Positions 26,238-36,154 of a stretch of 64,000 nucleotides of DNA are shown one piece after another. The DNA is from an uncultured Gammaproteobacteria bacterium. Lineage in GTDB: Bacteria > Patescibacteriota > Microgenomatia > UBA10105 > UBA927. The translations under genes were made by a program, and so were the position numbers. The stretch spans positions 74,390-138,389 of the forward strand of contig CAZUOM010000001.1 in the NCBI GenBank assembly GCA_964621305.1, in the 5' to 3' direction. Position 1 is the first letter of the stretch. Each line of letters begins with the position of its first letter. The notes under the pieces are model-generated. The model was not told where the DNA came from, did no database searches, and saw only the letters and a program-made list of their open reading frames with translations.

Positions 26238-27455
26238 CTATCCCTTTGGGCAATATTGAGCAAGTGCTTTTTTAAGAAGTTCGATACAGCGGGTCAGCTT
26301 TTGCACATTTAATACATACGCGATGCGGACTTGGCTTTTGCCGAGACCGGGTGTGGCGTAAAAACCTGCCGCTGGCGCAAGCATGACGGTTTCATTGTTA
26401 TGGCGAAAATCAGTGAGTAACCACTTACAAAAATCTTCCGCATCATCTATCGGAAACCCGACTATTGCATAAAAGGCTCCTTCCGGCTTGGGCATCACAA
26501 CTCCCTCAATACTCTTGAGTCCTTCATAGAGAAAGTCCCTGCGCTTCTCGTACTCTTTGTTCACCTTTGCTAGGTAGGAAGACGGAACTTCGGTTAGTTT
26601 TGCGGCAACGGCCTGGTCGATAAATCCGGCCGATAGCCGGCCCTGGGCAACACGAAGCACTCCTGCCATAATATCCCGATTGAGCGATACCAAGGCACCC
26701 AGACGGGCTCCGCAAAGACTATAGCGCTTGGACATGCTATCAAGGATCACCGCCTGATCGGGAATTTCCTGCATATAAGAAAACAGCGACGTTTGAGTTT
26801 TTCCGTCATAAACATACTCGCGGTACACCTCATCGGCAAGCAAAAACAAGTTGTGTTTTTTGGCAACCGATACAAGCGTCTCTACTTCTTTTTTAGAATA
26901 CACCGTGCCAGTTGGATTGTTGGGGCTACAATAAAGTATTGCCCTCGTTTTCTTTGTTATTTTTTGTTCGATTGATGAAAGAGGTGGCAGATGAAATCCG
27001 TTCTCCGCCTTTGTGCAGACGGGAACGAGGTTTACCCCGTTAACGATGGCATAAGTGTTATAGTTGGTATAGAGCGGTTCAAAAACTAGAATCTCATCTC
27101 CTAGCCCAGCAACGGCAAACATCGCAAGTGAGATAGCTTCGCTGCCACCGCTGGTTGCCTGAATATGCGTAATATCCAGAAATGAAAATCCTAAGCCGTG
27201 ATAGTACGTTTTTAACGCATTGAGAAAATCCGCTTCTCCCTGAGATTGTCCATAACGGATTGGATTTGCTTTCCAATTTAGAAGAACGTCTAGCATCACT
27301 TCCGGCGTTTCAATGTCCGGATCGCCAATGTTGAGATGATACACCGTCACTCCCTGCCTTTTGGCCTCAACCGCATACGGCACGAGCTTGCGGATGGGAG
27401 AGGCGGGAACGGACAGCATCCGTTGTGAAATCATACGTATTACGTTATTTTTCAA
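26238..27455 (-). CDS. Class I/II PLP-dependent aminotransferase (AspC-like)
   Basis: LNIGDPD, SPNNPTG, DEVY, SMSKRYSLCGARLG; the start could be 27434. Confidence 0.93.
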   Translation of the reverse strand: MKNNVIRMISQRMLSVPASPIRKLVPYAVEAKRQGVTVYHLNIGDPDIETPEVMLDVLLNWKANPIRYGQSQGEADFLNALKTYYHGLGFSFLDITHIQATSGGSEAISLAMFAVAGLGDEILVFEPLYTNYNTYAIVNGVNLVPVCTKAENGFHLPPLSSIEQKITKKTRAILYCSPNNPTGTVYSKKEVETLVSVAKKHNLFLLADEVYREYVYDGKTQTSLFSYMQEIPDQAVILDSMSKRYSLCGARLGALVSLNRDIMAGVLRVAQGRLSAGFIDQAVAAKLTEVPSSYLAKVNKEYEKRRDFLYEGLKSIEGVVMPKPEGAFYAIVGFPIDDAEDFCKWLLTDFRHNNETVMLAPAAGFYATPGLGKSQVRIAYVLNVQKLTRCIELLKKALAQYCPKG

Positions 27456-28227
27456 CAGAAAATTCAGTCTCTATCTGCGGGCAGCCGAATTCCTTCCATG
27501 CGGAAAGGCCCCGTAAAAATAACTCCATGAATCGATCATCGCCACCGGAAGATCCAGGCGCGAATGCCAACCCCCCTTCGCGGATAGCAAACGACCCGTC
27601 GGTGAAAAATGCCGTCCGTTTCATTCCATCAACCGTTACTGTCAGGGGCTGGCCGGGCTCAAACCTGCAAGAAGATGAACGGACGGTAGTTTTCATATTC
27701 CCATAGCCGTCTATCCATGCAATACGATATCCCGGTATATCCGGAATAAGCGATGCGTCCATTTCTGATCCGATATACTCTTGCTTACTCCTGAGTATAC
27801 CAACAACCGCTTCCGGATAAAAATCTCGTGAGCGAAATTGTGAGCCTCTGTTGACCACATTGACCAGATGAAGTTGCTTAATCTGGGGTTTAGCAAACGA
27901 AAAACAGTAACCGGCGTTGACCCCGACGATACGGACCCCATTGGTAAGATATGCATACACCAACTGTTCACCTTCGTTACCGTGGCGGGATTCTTTGTCG
28001 TCTTTCCTGGGAGCGGTATTGGTGTAGATGAGCATTTCGCTAACCGGGTTGATGCTCGCATACTGGGCCATCCAAAAACCTGTAGCCAGCGTACTGAATT
28101 TCGGCACACTCGTGCAAAAAACGTCCAGATTCGGATCCAGAAGCTTTAGTTTTTGAACTACTTCCCCAAAAGAAGGGTCACCAACTCCATAATCAGCTAT
28201 AAATTGGATAAAAGCTTGCTGCCCCAT
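27445..28227 (-). CDS. SAM hydrolase / halogenase family (DUF62-like) protein
   Basis: ADYGVGDP, FRSRDFY, WIDGYGNMKT. Confidence 0.72.
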   Translation of the reverse strand: MGQQAFIQFIADYGVGDPSFGEVVQKLKLLDPNLDVFCTSVPKFSTLATGFWMAQYASINPVSEMLIYTNTAPRKDDKESRHGNEGEQLVYAYLTNGVRIVGVNAGYCFSFAKPQIKQLHLVNVVNRGSQFRSRDFYPEAVVGILRSKQEYIGSEMDASLIPDIPGYRIAWIDGYGNMKTTVRSSSCRFEPGQPLTVTVDGMKRTAFFTDGSFAIREGGLAFAPGSSGGDDRFMELFLRGLSAWKEFGCPQIETEFSVEK

Positions 28228-28231
28228 GAAG

Positions 28232-28504
28232 TTACTTTGGAAGATTCATTTGCTTGGAGATTTCTGAAAGTTTTCCGGCGGCTGCTTGCTGAGACTTTTT
28301 GATAGCCTCTTGGACTGCCCGGCGGGCCTCTTCGTCTGCTGCTCCATCAATTTCGACGATTTTGACGTTTTGGTTGCCGGTCATAACCACGCGCACGCGG
28401 CCCACGATGACCTCAAATTCTTCTTTCTCGAGAGCCGCTTGAATTGCACCAGCCTGCTGGCGCATCTGGTTAAGGTCTCCGAGCATTTTAAAAGGATTGA
28501 TCAT
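28232..28504 (-). CDS. YbaB/EbfC nucleoid-associated protein
   Basis: Q..A..IQ..L, VRVVMTGNQ..IEID; directly follows dnaX. Confidence 0.88.
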   Translation of the reverse strand: MINPFKMLGDLNQMRQQAGAIQAALEKEEFEVIVGRVRVVMTGNQNVKIVEIDGAADEEARRAVQEAIKKSQQAAAGKLSEISKQMNLPK

Positions 28505-28505
28505 A

Positions 28506-29846
28506 TTATTTCTTCCCTAATACTATCTCCACCTTCGCTTTCTCTCCGAACAGTTTTTTCAGCGTTTCTGCGATTGCTTCGCGGTTCTTTGTTTCCCCCA
28601 GCTTGTCTTTGTGAAACGGATAAAAGGCCTCTATCGTTACTATACCATGGTCAACACTCTTTGGTCTAGTAGAACGCATGACTCCGGCTACCGAGTGATT
28701 GTACGGCTTAATCGCATCGATAATATCCGTCCAATGCTCTGTAAGTTTATCCAAAGTAATCAAGCCAGCTGATTCAACAGCCGGCGCAACCCTCACGTGT
28801 TCTTTTTCGCCTATTGCCTGTTGCCCACAAAATTCAACGATTGCCAACTCCAGCGGTAACTGGGGAATGGGGCTTATACGAAGGTCACCATATGCTTGCA
28901 TGAGCTTCCTAGTAAGCTCTTTGAGATCTTTAGTCGTCATCGAACCACTTTCTTTTCCCCTTACGCTGGCTATTAATCTCTGCTCGGCTTCTATCAGGCA
29001 TTCGGTAATAAACGATCTGATGTCGCCACCTGCGCCAACCACCTGAGACACAATATCTAATGCAGCTTTAAAATTTTTTCCTGCGAGTACATTAAAAAAA
29101 GCGCAAATTGTTGCTTGGTCGCTTGCGGCAAGAATCCGTTCTACTTTATCTTTCGTGAGTTTCCCTTTTTCAAAACTGACCTGCTCCAAAAGTTTAATCG
29201 CGTCACGAAAGGCTCCGTCAGAAAGATCTTTAATGACCTCAAGGCCGCCTTCGTCAATTGCTATTTTTTCTTCCGTTGCAATCCGTTTCAGAGCGCTGTC
29301 GAGTTCATCAGGCTTGGCCCTTCCAAAAACATAGTGGACGCAGCGGGACTTGATGGTGGCAGGAATCTTCTGCGGATCGGTGGTGGCTAGAATAAAGACT
29401 GCATGAGCCGGCGGCTCCTCAAGCGTTTTAAGCAGAGCGTTAAACGCCTCGATCGTGAGCATATGAACCTCATCAATGATGTAGGCTTTGTATTTGCCAG
29501 TGCTGGGAGTCAGGGCAATCGTGTCCCGCAGGGAGCGAATATCGTCAATCCCGCGATTGCTTGCAGCGTCCAGTTCCAACACGTCAAGAAATCTGCCATC
29601 GGCAATTGCTACACAGCTATCGCACTTGCCACACGGCGCGCCGGACTTTAGAGGCTTGACACAATTAAAAAGCTTCGCGATCAAACGAGCTGCAGTGGTT
29701 TTGCCGGCTCCCTTTGGCCCGGTAAATAGGTACGCGTGCGGCAATTCTTTTTTGTCCTTATTGAGCAAGGACAAAAGACGTTCACGAACAGCGGTGTTGT
29801 CTATCTCGTCAAAAACCTGCGGCCGATATTTTCTATAAAACGACAT
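28506..29846 (-). CDS. dnaX: DNA polymerase III subunit gamma/tau
   Basis: YRKYRP, GPKGAGKT, PCGKCDSC, ELDAASNRG, IDEVHML, LEEPP, SRC. Confidence 0.97.
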   Translation of the reverse strand: MSFYRKYRPQVFDEIDNTAVRERLLSLLNKDKKELPHAYLFTGPKGAGKTTAARLIAKLFNCVKPLKSGAPCGKCDSCVAIADGRFLDVLELDAASNRGIDDIRSLRDTIALTPSTGKYKAYIIDEVHMLTIEAFNALLKTLEEPPAHAVFILATTDPQKIPATIKSRCVHYVFGRAKPDELDSALKRIATEEKIAIDEGGLEVIKDLSDGAFRDAIKLLEQVSFEKGKLTKDKVERILAASDQATICAFFNVLAGKNFKAALDIVSQVVGAGGDIRSFITECLIEAEQRLIASVRGKESGSMTTKDLKELTRKLMQAYGDLRISPIPQLPLELAIVEFCGQQAIGEKEHVRVAPAVESAGLITLDKLTEHWTDIIDAIKPYNHSVAGVMRSTRPKSVDHGIVTIEAFYPFHKDKLGETKNREAIAETLKKLFGEKAKVEIVLGKK

Positions 29847-29848
29847 AT

Positions 29849-30244
29849 TTACTCCTCGTGGTGCTTGCCCATCAAGTGATCCAGACCATGAAGAGCAAGT
29901 TCAATGATTTTATCGTCAACCAACTTGTTTTCCTCCACCGCTTCTTTAATGGCTTGCGGGTAGGAAATGACGATGTCGCCCAACCGCAAAACGTCATCAG
30001 GGGTGTCACAAAAAGCCACGCCCTTTTGGATGGAATCGTTAAGACCAAAAGATAGGACGTTTGTGGTTTTGTCGATTTTGCGAAAGTCGCGGTTTAGCTG
30101 CTTCATCCGCCTGTCGCCAACGATTGTGATACCTAATTCTGCATCGCGATGAACCTGCGGGGCAAGGGCGTCGATGATGGCATGTTTGACTTTTTTGCGA
30201 TTGACCGGATAGTGGGACTCAGTTTTAAATAGAACAGTAATCAT
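29849..30244 (-). CDS. ybeY: rRNA maturation RNase YbeY
   Basis: LNRDFR..TNVLSF, LGDIVIS, HGLDHLMGKHH. Confidence 0.92.
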   Translation of the reverse strand: MITVLFKTESHYPVNRKKVKHAIIDALAPQVHRDAELGITIVGDRRMKQLNRDFRKIDKTTNVLSFGLNDSIQKGVAFCDTPDDVLRLGDIVISYPQAIKEAVEENKLVDDKIIELALHGLDHLMGKHHEE

Positions 30245-30690
30245 TGTGCGAGCATCTGCTTGAGGACTGCAGCAACACGACCACCGTCTGCTTTTCCTTT
30301 GGCAACCTCCATTGCCTGTTTCATTAATAATCCAAAATTATCTTTACCTGAAAGAACGACCGGAGCTAGGAGTGCGTTGAGCTCATCATCGGAAATTTCT
30401 TCTGGCAAATATGCTGCTAATATGTCCAGCTCCGCTTTCTCCTTTGCAGCCAACTCCAGCCGGCCAGCTTTTTGATAAGCCTCGATAGACTCGCGGTGTG
30501 CTTTGGCTTGCTTTTTGATCACATCAACAATATCCGCATCCGTCAGTTTTTCACTACCGCCGGCCCCATACTTGGCAATGACAGCATTGCCGATTGCCGA
30601 CAGCAACATGCGCAGCGCAGAAAGACGCACGGCATCTGCGCTTTTTAACGCGGCGGTCATATCAGATCGCAATTGATCAATGTGTGGCAT
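30241..30690 (-). CDS. GatB/YqeY domain protein
   Basis: DMTAALK, ESIEAY..GR..LA..E..E..IL..YLP, GKADG; follows rpsU. Confidence 0.92.
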   Translation of the reverse strand: MPHIDQLRSDMTAALKSADAVRLSALRMLLSAIGNAVIAKYGAGGSEKLTDADIVDVIKKQAKAHRESIEAYQKAGRLELAAKEKAELDILAAYLPEEISDDELNALLAPVVLSGKDNFGLLMKQAMEVAKGKADGGRVAAVLKQMLAQ

Positions 30691-30691
30691 C

Positions 30692-30883
30692 TCAATAGCT
30701 TCGGTGCGGGTGTCGGAGTCGCCGAGCAAGTTCTCTTTTTTTCTCTTTTCGGACCTCTGCTGGTTTTTGATAAAATTCTCGTTTTTTGAGATCCTGCAGA
30801 ACTCCTTCTATTAATACTCTACGCGTAAATTTTCTGATCAATGAATCTGATGTGTCTCCTGGCTGTGCTTTGACAACTACCAT
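30692..30883 (-). CDS. rpsU: 30S ribosomal protein S21
   Basis: LIRKF.R....G..KKREFYQKP. Confidence 0.9.
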   Translation of the reverse strand: MVVVKAQPGDTSDSLIRKFTRRVLIEGVLQDLKKREFYQKPAEVRKEKKRELARRLRHPHRSY

Positions 30884-30904
30884 AAAAAATAAACACCTCG
30901 CTTT

Positions 30905-31309
30905 CTAGATGTCTTTGAGAATCCTTTGCTGTATGTCCACGAGCGTCTCATTGACTGGAATTTTTACCAACGACTGCATAACTCCACCGCGATCTTCCGA
31001 ATATCTTGGGATGATATGAACGTGCATATGCCTAACACCAGAAGGTTCACCGTGGTTGATGCCAATAGATAGAATGTTTGTAGAAAATGTCTTTTCGAGC
31101 CCTACTGCAACTAACGATACCGCCTGCATCACTTCTCCTAATTCTTTCTTGGTGTAATCAAATACTTTATCTGCGTGCCGTTTGAGAACGACCACCGTAT
31201 GACCTGGAGCTGACGGAGCAATATCCAAAAAAGCCATCGCCTCATCATTTTCAAAGACCGTGTAGGAAGGCACGAGTTTTTCTATGATTTTGCAAAATAT
31301 ACAATCCAT
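30905..31309 (-). CDS. HIT family nucleotide hydrolase
   Basis: CIFC, AFLDIAP..PGH, HMHVHIIPR. Confidence 0.94.
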   Translation of the reverse strand: MDCIFCKIIEKLVPSYTVFENDEAMAFLDIAPSAPGHTVVVLKRHADKVFDYTKKELGEVMQAVSLVAVGLEKTFSTNILSIGINHGEPSGVRHMHVHIIPRYSEDRGGVMQSLVKIPVNETLVDIQQRILKDI

Positions 31310-32133
31310 TATAATTGTAGTAATTTTATCACATCGGCAAGTATTTTGTTGGAGGGGCGAAAGTCGGGATTTTTGCTGCTGCCATTTAATACCATATGGT
31401 GGCTAGCATGCAAAAACCATGTGGCCTCTGGCTCTTGGTCTCTCAGTTTATCATAGACGGGAGTCAAGTCGATATCATCCCGCGGCAATGACTTAATCCG
31501 CACGCCTCCTTTGGCCGGATCTTTTCGCACAACCACGACATAGCCCATTTTTTGGGCCAGATGAACGGTTTCGTCGTTGGTCGTTTCTACTCCAAGCGCA
31601 TTGCCCCATTTCGTCTCAAATTCAATCCCTTTTTCTTTTATCTCTTTCTCGGCGGTAATTTTATTCTGAAACGTTTTATAGATGCCATCAAGCACATCCA
31701 TGCCCAGCGCTACTGTTTTTAGCGGGTCATGAGCGTGGAGAAGACGCCACCCATCAACCTGGCTTTCAAAACCAAAGTCGTAAAAATCAGCCGTTGCGTT
31801 GGGGTAGTAAACTTCGCGGAAATGATCAATGTCATTGACCACGGCGGTAAGCCGCTCGAGGGCTTCGTCGCTACCTTTTTGGCCAACTATCTGTTCATAG
31901 ACAAGCTTTGATGCACAGGTGTCTCTGTCCGTTTGATGGTGATCAAATGTGCCCATGCCCGTATCGACGTGGAGAATATCGGGGTTGTCATCTGGTGGCG
32001 CTCCACCCAGCGTTTTTCCTGCCGGAACAAATGCCAGCGCCGCCTCTTCCCACCCAGGCCAAAACGTTTTGACCAGCCAAATTGCACAGATGGCATCGAC
32101 GTCCGGTCCAATATGGGTGACAATGGTTTTCAT
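31309..32133 (-). CDS. DHH/MYG1-like putative phosphoesterase
   Basis: VTH..PD.DA, VDTG.G.FDHHQ. Confidence 0.65.
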   Translation of the reverse strand: MKTIVTHIGPDVDAICAIWLVKTFWPGWEEAALAFVPAGKTLGGAPPDDNPDILHVDTGMGTFDHHQTDRDTCASKLVYEQIVGQKGSDEALERLTAVVNDIDHFREVYYPNATADFYDFGFESQVDGWRLLHAHDPLKTVALGMDVLDGIYKTFQNKITAEKEIKEKGIEFETKWGNALGVETTNDETVHLAQKMGYVVVVRKDPAKGGVRIKSLPRDDIDLTPVYDKLRDQEPEATWFLHASHHMVLNGSSKNPDFRPSNKILADVIKLLQL

Positions 32134-32163
32134 TGCTACATTGCTACATTGCTACATTGCTGA
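32132..32163. repeat. Octamer array ATTGCTAC x3(+1) at the proS/next-gene junction
   Basis: attgctac attgctac attgctac attgctga. Confidence 0.9.
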
Positions 32164-33827
32164 AGAAACGTTTTTATGTCGACCAGCGCAACCTCTTTTT
32201 CATGCCGTTTTTTGACTTCCAACTTATCCCCCGTTTTTGGGGAGATAACCACGCGATATGGCAAACCCACAAGGTCAGCATCGGTGAATTTAACGCCGGC
32301 GGATTCGTCGCGGTCATCCCAGAGAACCTCGACACCCGCGGTGAGTAGTTCTTTGTAGACTTTCTCCGCCTGAACTTCGGCTCCCGAAAGGGAAACAAGT
32401 TCAACTATATAGGGAGCAATGCCTGCGGGCCATATGATGCCATTTTCATCATGATGCTCTTCTACAGCGGCAGCCATAATCCGGCTCATGCCAATACCGT
32501 AGCAGCCCATGACGATGAGTTTTTCTTTGCCATCGCTGTCTCGGAAAGTGGCGCCCATTGCCTCGGAGTAAAGCGTTCCGAGCTTAAACACGTGTCCGAG
32601 TTCGATTGCCTTTTTTTCAGCCAATTTTCCCTTGTGGCATTTGACGCAAACTTCGCCCTCCTTCACCTCTCGAATGTCAACAAACTCTGCTGGTTCCCTA
32701 ATATCTCGCCCAAAATTAACGTTGATATTGTGGTAATGGTTTTTATTGGCGCCTGCTTCAAAATTGACGCGACCGGCGGTTGATTTATCCAATATGACTT
32801 CCACATCTTTGGCAAGCCCAATGGGACCGGCATAACCCACATCTGCACCGGTGACTTTTTTGACTGTATCAGCAGAGGCAAGAGAAAGATTAATACAGCC
32901 CAAGTAGTTTGCGAGCTTGACTTCACTGACGTTGTATTCACCGCGCACACAGACGGCGACCACACGCTTGTCTGCCTGATAGAGCAGTGTTTTGGTGGTT
33001 TGTGCAACAGGAATCTTGAGAAATTTGGCCAGGGCTTCAACACCAATGATGCCTTCCCCACGAATCTCTTCCATGGGTTTTTGTTCTTCTGTTTGTGCAA
33101 AAGGAGGAAAAACTGATTCAGCTTTTTCAACGTTTGCTTTGTAATCACACTGTTTACAAACAAAAATCCTGTCCTCGCCGGATTCGGACTCGACCATAAA
33201 TTCTTCTGAACCCGTTCCCCCAATTGCGCCACTGTCAGCCTTAACAACAGTTGGAGAAAATCCCATGCGCGAAAATATCGCATGATACGCTTGGCTCATG
33301 AGATCAAAACTTTTAGATAGCCCTGCCTCATCGCGGTCAAAACTATACGCGTCCTGCATGAGAAACTCGCGCGTGCGAAGGAGACCGCCGACGACGCGGA
33401 CTTCATCGCGATACTTCCACTGGTTTTGATTGAGAATGACCGGAAGGTCGCGATAGCTGCCGATGAAATGGCGGGCAACATCAGTAACCGTTTCCTCGTG
33501 AGTTGGCGCAAGAAGATATTTGCCGCCGTGATTGGCGTCAAAGACAGCCAGGATCTTTTGCATCTTTGAAAACCTTCCGGTTTCTTCCCAAAGCGCAGCC
33601 GGGTGGACAAACGGCATAAGGAGATGCTGGACGCCGCGCTTGGTGAGTTCTTCTTTGATAATCCGGTCGATTTTCTCAAGCACGCGGAACCCGAGGGGCA
33701 AAAACGTGTAAATCCCTGCAGCCACAGGGGTGATAAAACCGCCTCGCAAAAGGAGCTGGTGGCTAATTACGTCGCTGCCTGGCAATCTCTGCCGCGCTGT
33801 CTTCCCCATGAGTTGAGAGTATTTCAT
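32136..33827 (-). CDS. proS: Proline--tRNA ligase (bacterial type with editing domain)
   Basis: PTHEE, KYRDE, GLLRTREFLMQDAYSF, IELGHVFKLG, MGCYGIG. Confidence 0.97.
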   Translation of the reverse strand: MKYSQLMGKTARQRLPGSDVISHQLLLRGGFITPVAAGIYTFLPLGFRVLEKIDRIIKEELTKRGVQHLLMPFVHPAALWEETGRFSKMQKILAVFDANHGGKYLLAPTHEETVTDVARHFIGSYRDLPVILNQNQWKYRDEVRVVGGLLRTREFLMQDAYSFDRDEAGLSKSFDLMSQAYHAIFSRMGFSPTVVKADSGAIGGTGSEEFMVESESGEDRIFVCKQCDYKANVEKAESVFPPFAQTEEQKPMEEIRGEGIIGVEALAKFLKIPVAQTTKTLLYQADKRVVAVCVRGEYNVSEVKLANYLGCINLSLASADTVKKVTGADVGYAGPIGLAKDVEVILDKSTAGRVNFEAGANKNHYHNINVNFGRDIREPAEFVDIREVKEGEVCVKCHKGKLAEKKAIELGHVFKLGTLYSEAMGATFRDSDGKEKLIVMGCYGIGMSRIMAAAVEEHHDENGIIWPAGIAPYIVELVSLSGAEVQAEKVYKELLTAGVEVLWDDRDESAGVKFTDADLVGLPYRVVISPKTGDKLEVKKRHEKEVALVDIKTFLQQCSNVAM

Positions 33828-33990
33828 GTAGCTTCCCTTATATTACCATTATTGATAGTGAAACTGGAAGAAATAGAAAAATGAAGAAGTTGCTTTGCCA
33901 TCAGGATCCTCTACACAGTCGCTTATCCTGATAGGACAGCATTACGGCTCTTGACAAGAGATAGACATATATGGTATACAGTAGCTGTAT

Positions 33991-34227
33991 ATGATTCGGA
34001 CACAGGTATATCTTCCGGAACCACTTTATTTTGAGCTAATGCAAATGGCTAAACGTCAGGGCGTTCCTGCAGCCCAAATCATCAGAAAAACCCTCTCTGA
34101 CGGGGTAAAAAAACAAAAAAAACAAACACCGGCCCAGGCATTCGCGCAATTGGCTAAATTAGCAGTAAACGGTCCAGGAGATCTATCTACCCGTCATAAT
34201 GAGTATCTCTATGGCAATGCAAAGTGA
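33991..34227 (+). CDS. Ribbon-helix-helix antitoxin
   Basis: MIRTQVYL...GP.DLS.RH.EYLYG; overlaps the PIN gene. Confidence 0.85.
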   Translation: MIRTQVYLPEPLYFELMQMAKRQGVPAAQIIRKTLSDGVKKQKKQTPAQAFAQLAKLAVNGPGDLSTRHNEYLYGNAK

Positions 34228-34666
34228 TCTCAATAGGCCGCCACTGGTTATTATTGCAGACAGCAGTGCCCTGTTTGCTCTGGTAGACATGGCCGACGCA
34301 ACGCATAAATTCGTTGCCTCAGTCCATCCGCTTATCCCCGATGATGCCCGCGTAATCATCCCGGCTGAAATATTTTCAGAAACTGTCAATACGCTCTGGA
34401 AAAAAATTCAAAGATCCGTCGCAGTTGCTTTTGCAGAAAAACTATTGACGTCAAGCGGATTTTTACTTACAGAAAGCGATGATGAAATCCGCCGAACAGG
34501 GATTAATATGTGGAAAAATCTGCGTTCAAAAAATATAAGCTTCACAGATTGTCTGGTCATGGCGCATGCGGACCGCTGGAAAACAAAATGGGTCTTTGGT
34601 CTTGATGAAGCTTTTGCCAAAAACGGCTATCTGCGGCTTGGAGTCGACGGTTATCCTGAGTCTTAG
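34217..34666 (+). CDS. PIN-domain toxin (VapC-like)
   Basis: IADSSALFA, IFSET, SFTDC, FGLD..F. Confidence 0.88.
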   Translation: MQSDLNRPPLVIIADSSALFALVDMADATHKFVASVHPLIPDDARVIIPAEIFSETVNTLWKKIQRSVAVAFAEKLLTSSGFLLTESDDEIRRTGINMWKNLRSKNISFTDCLVMAHADRWKTKWVFGLDEAFAKNGYLRLGVDGYPES

Positions 34667-34680
34667 AACTGGTACGACAG

Positions 34681-34711
34681 TTCACCTGGCGGGTGACCTA
34701 CATTGGCACCT
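34681..34711 (-). repeat. RAYT-flanking 31-bp palindromic repeat (downstream, inverted copy)
   Basis: Minus strand AGGTGCCAATGTAGGTCACCCGCCAGGTGAA. Confidence 0.8.
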
Positions 34712-35390
34712 ATTCTTTTTCATCAAATACTAGATGCTTTATTTGATTTAATTTTTGTGAAAAATCAATTTGATTATGAACAAAATCTTTATATTTATTC
34801 GGAGATCCGAACAATTCCAAAATGAAAGATGGATTCGAAAGTGTATCCTCCAGAGGAGCTACATATTCATGAAGAGATGACCAGGGATATGCATCAAGTT
34901 CTGATTCTTTGATCAAAAACGACGAAATAGGATTTAAATGGATATAGCGAGACAAATGAATAAGTTGTTCCTCAGATTCTACCCGTACAGCTTTAAACGG
35001 TCCCTGGAATAATGGACCGACGCGTTCATGTTTTGTGTTGAAATACTTGCTGTAACTATCACAAAATTTGGAAATAAAACGGGAAATTCCGGAATCGGCG
35101 GTTTGCTTGAGCAAAAAGTGAAAATGGTTGGGCATGAGACAATAGGCCAGAATATCAACCTGGCGCTTGCTTGTTAACAAGGCCTTAAGAAATTGAATAC
35201 GTCTCTTTTTTTCCAAAATAATATATTTTGAATATCTGAAGGGAAGATCCAAATAACGATAGTAATGAATCGTGTCAAGAGCACGCTGGTATTCCCATTT
35301 AAGGGTAAAGATCGGACGGCGCTCAACCCCCCTGTTGAAGACGTGATACATCTCTCCCGTGGCCAAAATGACACGTCCGCTAGATGACAT
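34710..35390 (-). mobile_element. REP-associated tyrosine transposase (RAYT, HUH/Y1 family)
   Basis: YHVFNRG, AYCLMPNHFHFL, YFNTKHERVGPLFQGPFKA, YIHLNP, YPWSS. Confidence 0.92.
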
Positions 35391-35416
35391 ATAGACAGTT
35401 TACTGATCAAAAGTAA

Positions 35417-35447
35417 AGGTGTCAAGCTAGTTCACCTGACAGGTGGA
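35417..35447 (+). repeat. RAYT-flanking 31-bp palindromic repeat (upstream), containing the -35 box of the RAYT promoter
   Basis: AGGTGTCAAGCTAGTTCACCTGACAGGTGGA; TTGACA-17-TAAACT-6-ATG on the minus strand. Confidence 0.82.
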
Positions 35448-35459
35448 TTGTCAGGATTG

Positions 35460-36152
35460 TCATCTGCCATCGAGCCGATCTTCCTCTGATTCTTCCTCTT
35501 TCTGCATTTGATCCTTATTTTTACCCCTTCTCGTATGTGGTAGCTCTTTGTACTCTTTTCTCTTTTCTTCAAGTTCTTTTATTGTCTCCTCGATTATCTG
35601 CTGCGTCTGGGCAATCTGCAGCGCCACCACCGCCCTGCTCACGGGCACCGGGGTACTGGTGGTTACGGAGACCGCCTGAGTTGGGGAAACAGCCGTCGTT
35701 GGCGATGGGGTAACGGTTACCAACGGCAACGGCACTGGAGCGGCCTCGGCCAGGATGCTACGCTTTTCCTGTTCAAGAGCCACAGAAACGTCTTGCAGAG
35801 TTTGGAGGTATGCGTGGGCCACTTGCGCCTGGGATGCGGCATCCGGTGCTTTCTCAATGGTTTTTTTGGTTTCCGCGACCTGGTTGCTAAGGTAGACAAG
35901 ACCGGTCACGCTATGCTGTTGAGCCAACAGTTGCTTGGCCTCAGCAAACCGCCGCTCGGTGTACTTGATAGAAAGCTTCACCGAAGCGTCATAGGAGGGC
36001 GCAACGACAAACGACGTTGCTTTTTCTACCCCGAGCTTGAGCGTAAACAAAGGTTCGCCGGGGAGCGCGTTCCACGACACCACGATTGCCACCGTCGGGA
36101 CCGTAAAAAGGATGAGAAACGCGGTTGCAAATGATTCAAGAAAAAACCGCAT
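35460..36152 (-). CDS. DUF5667-like membrane-anchored helical protein
   Basis: ALPGEPLFTLKLGVEK, ERRFAEA. Confidence 0.75.
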   Translation of the reverse strand: MRFFLESFATAFLILFTVPTVAIVVSWNALPGEPLFTLKLGVEKATSFVVAPSYDASVKLSIKYTERRFAEAKQLLAQQHSVTGLVYLSNQVAETKKTIEKAPDAASQAQVAHAYLQTLQDVSVALEQEKRSILAEAAPVPLPLVTVTPSPTTAVSPTQAVSVTTSTPVPVSRAVVALQIAQTQQIIEETIKELEEKRKEYKELPHTRRGKNKDQMQKEEESEEDRLDGR

Positions 36153-36154
36153 AG

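Noticed and set aside
34710-35390. Ordinary IS200/IS605 element
   Set aside because: The length, the NRG/FQGxFK/YIHLNP/WSS motifs and the absence of tnpB fit a RAYT.
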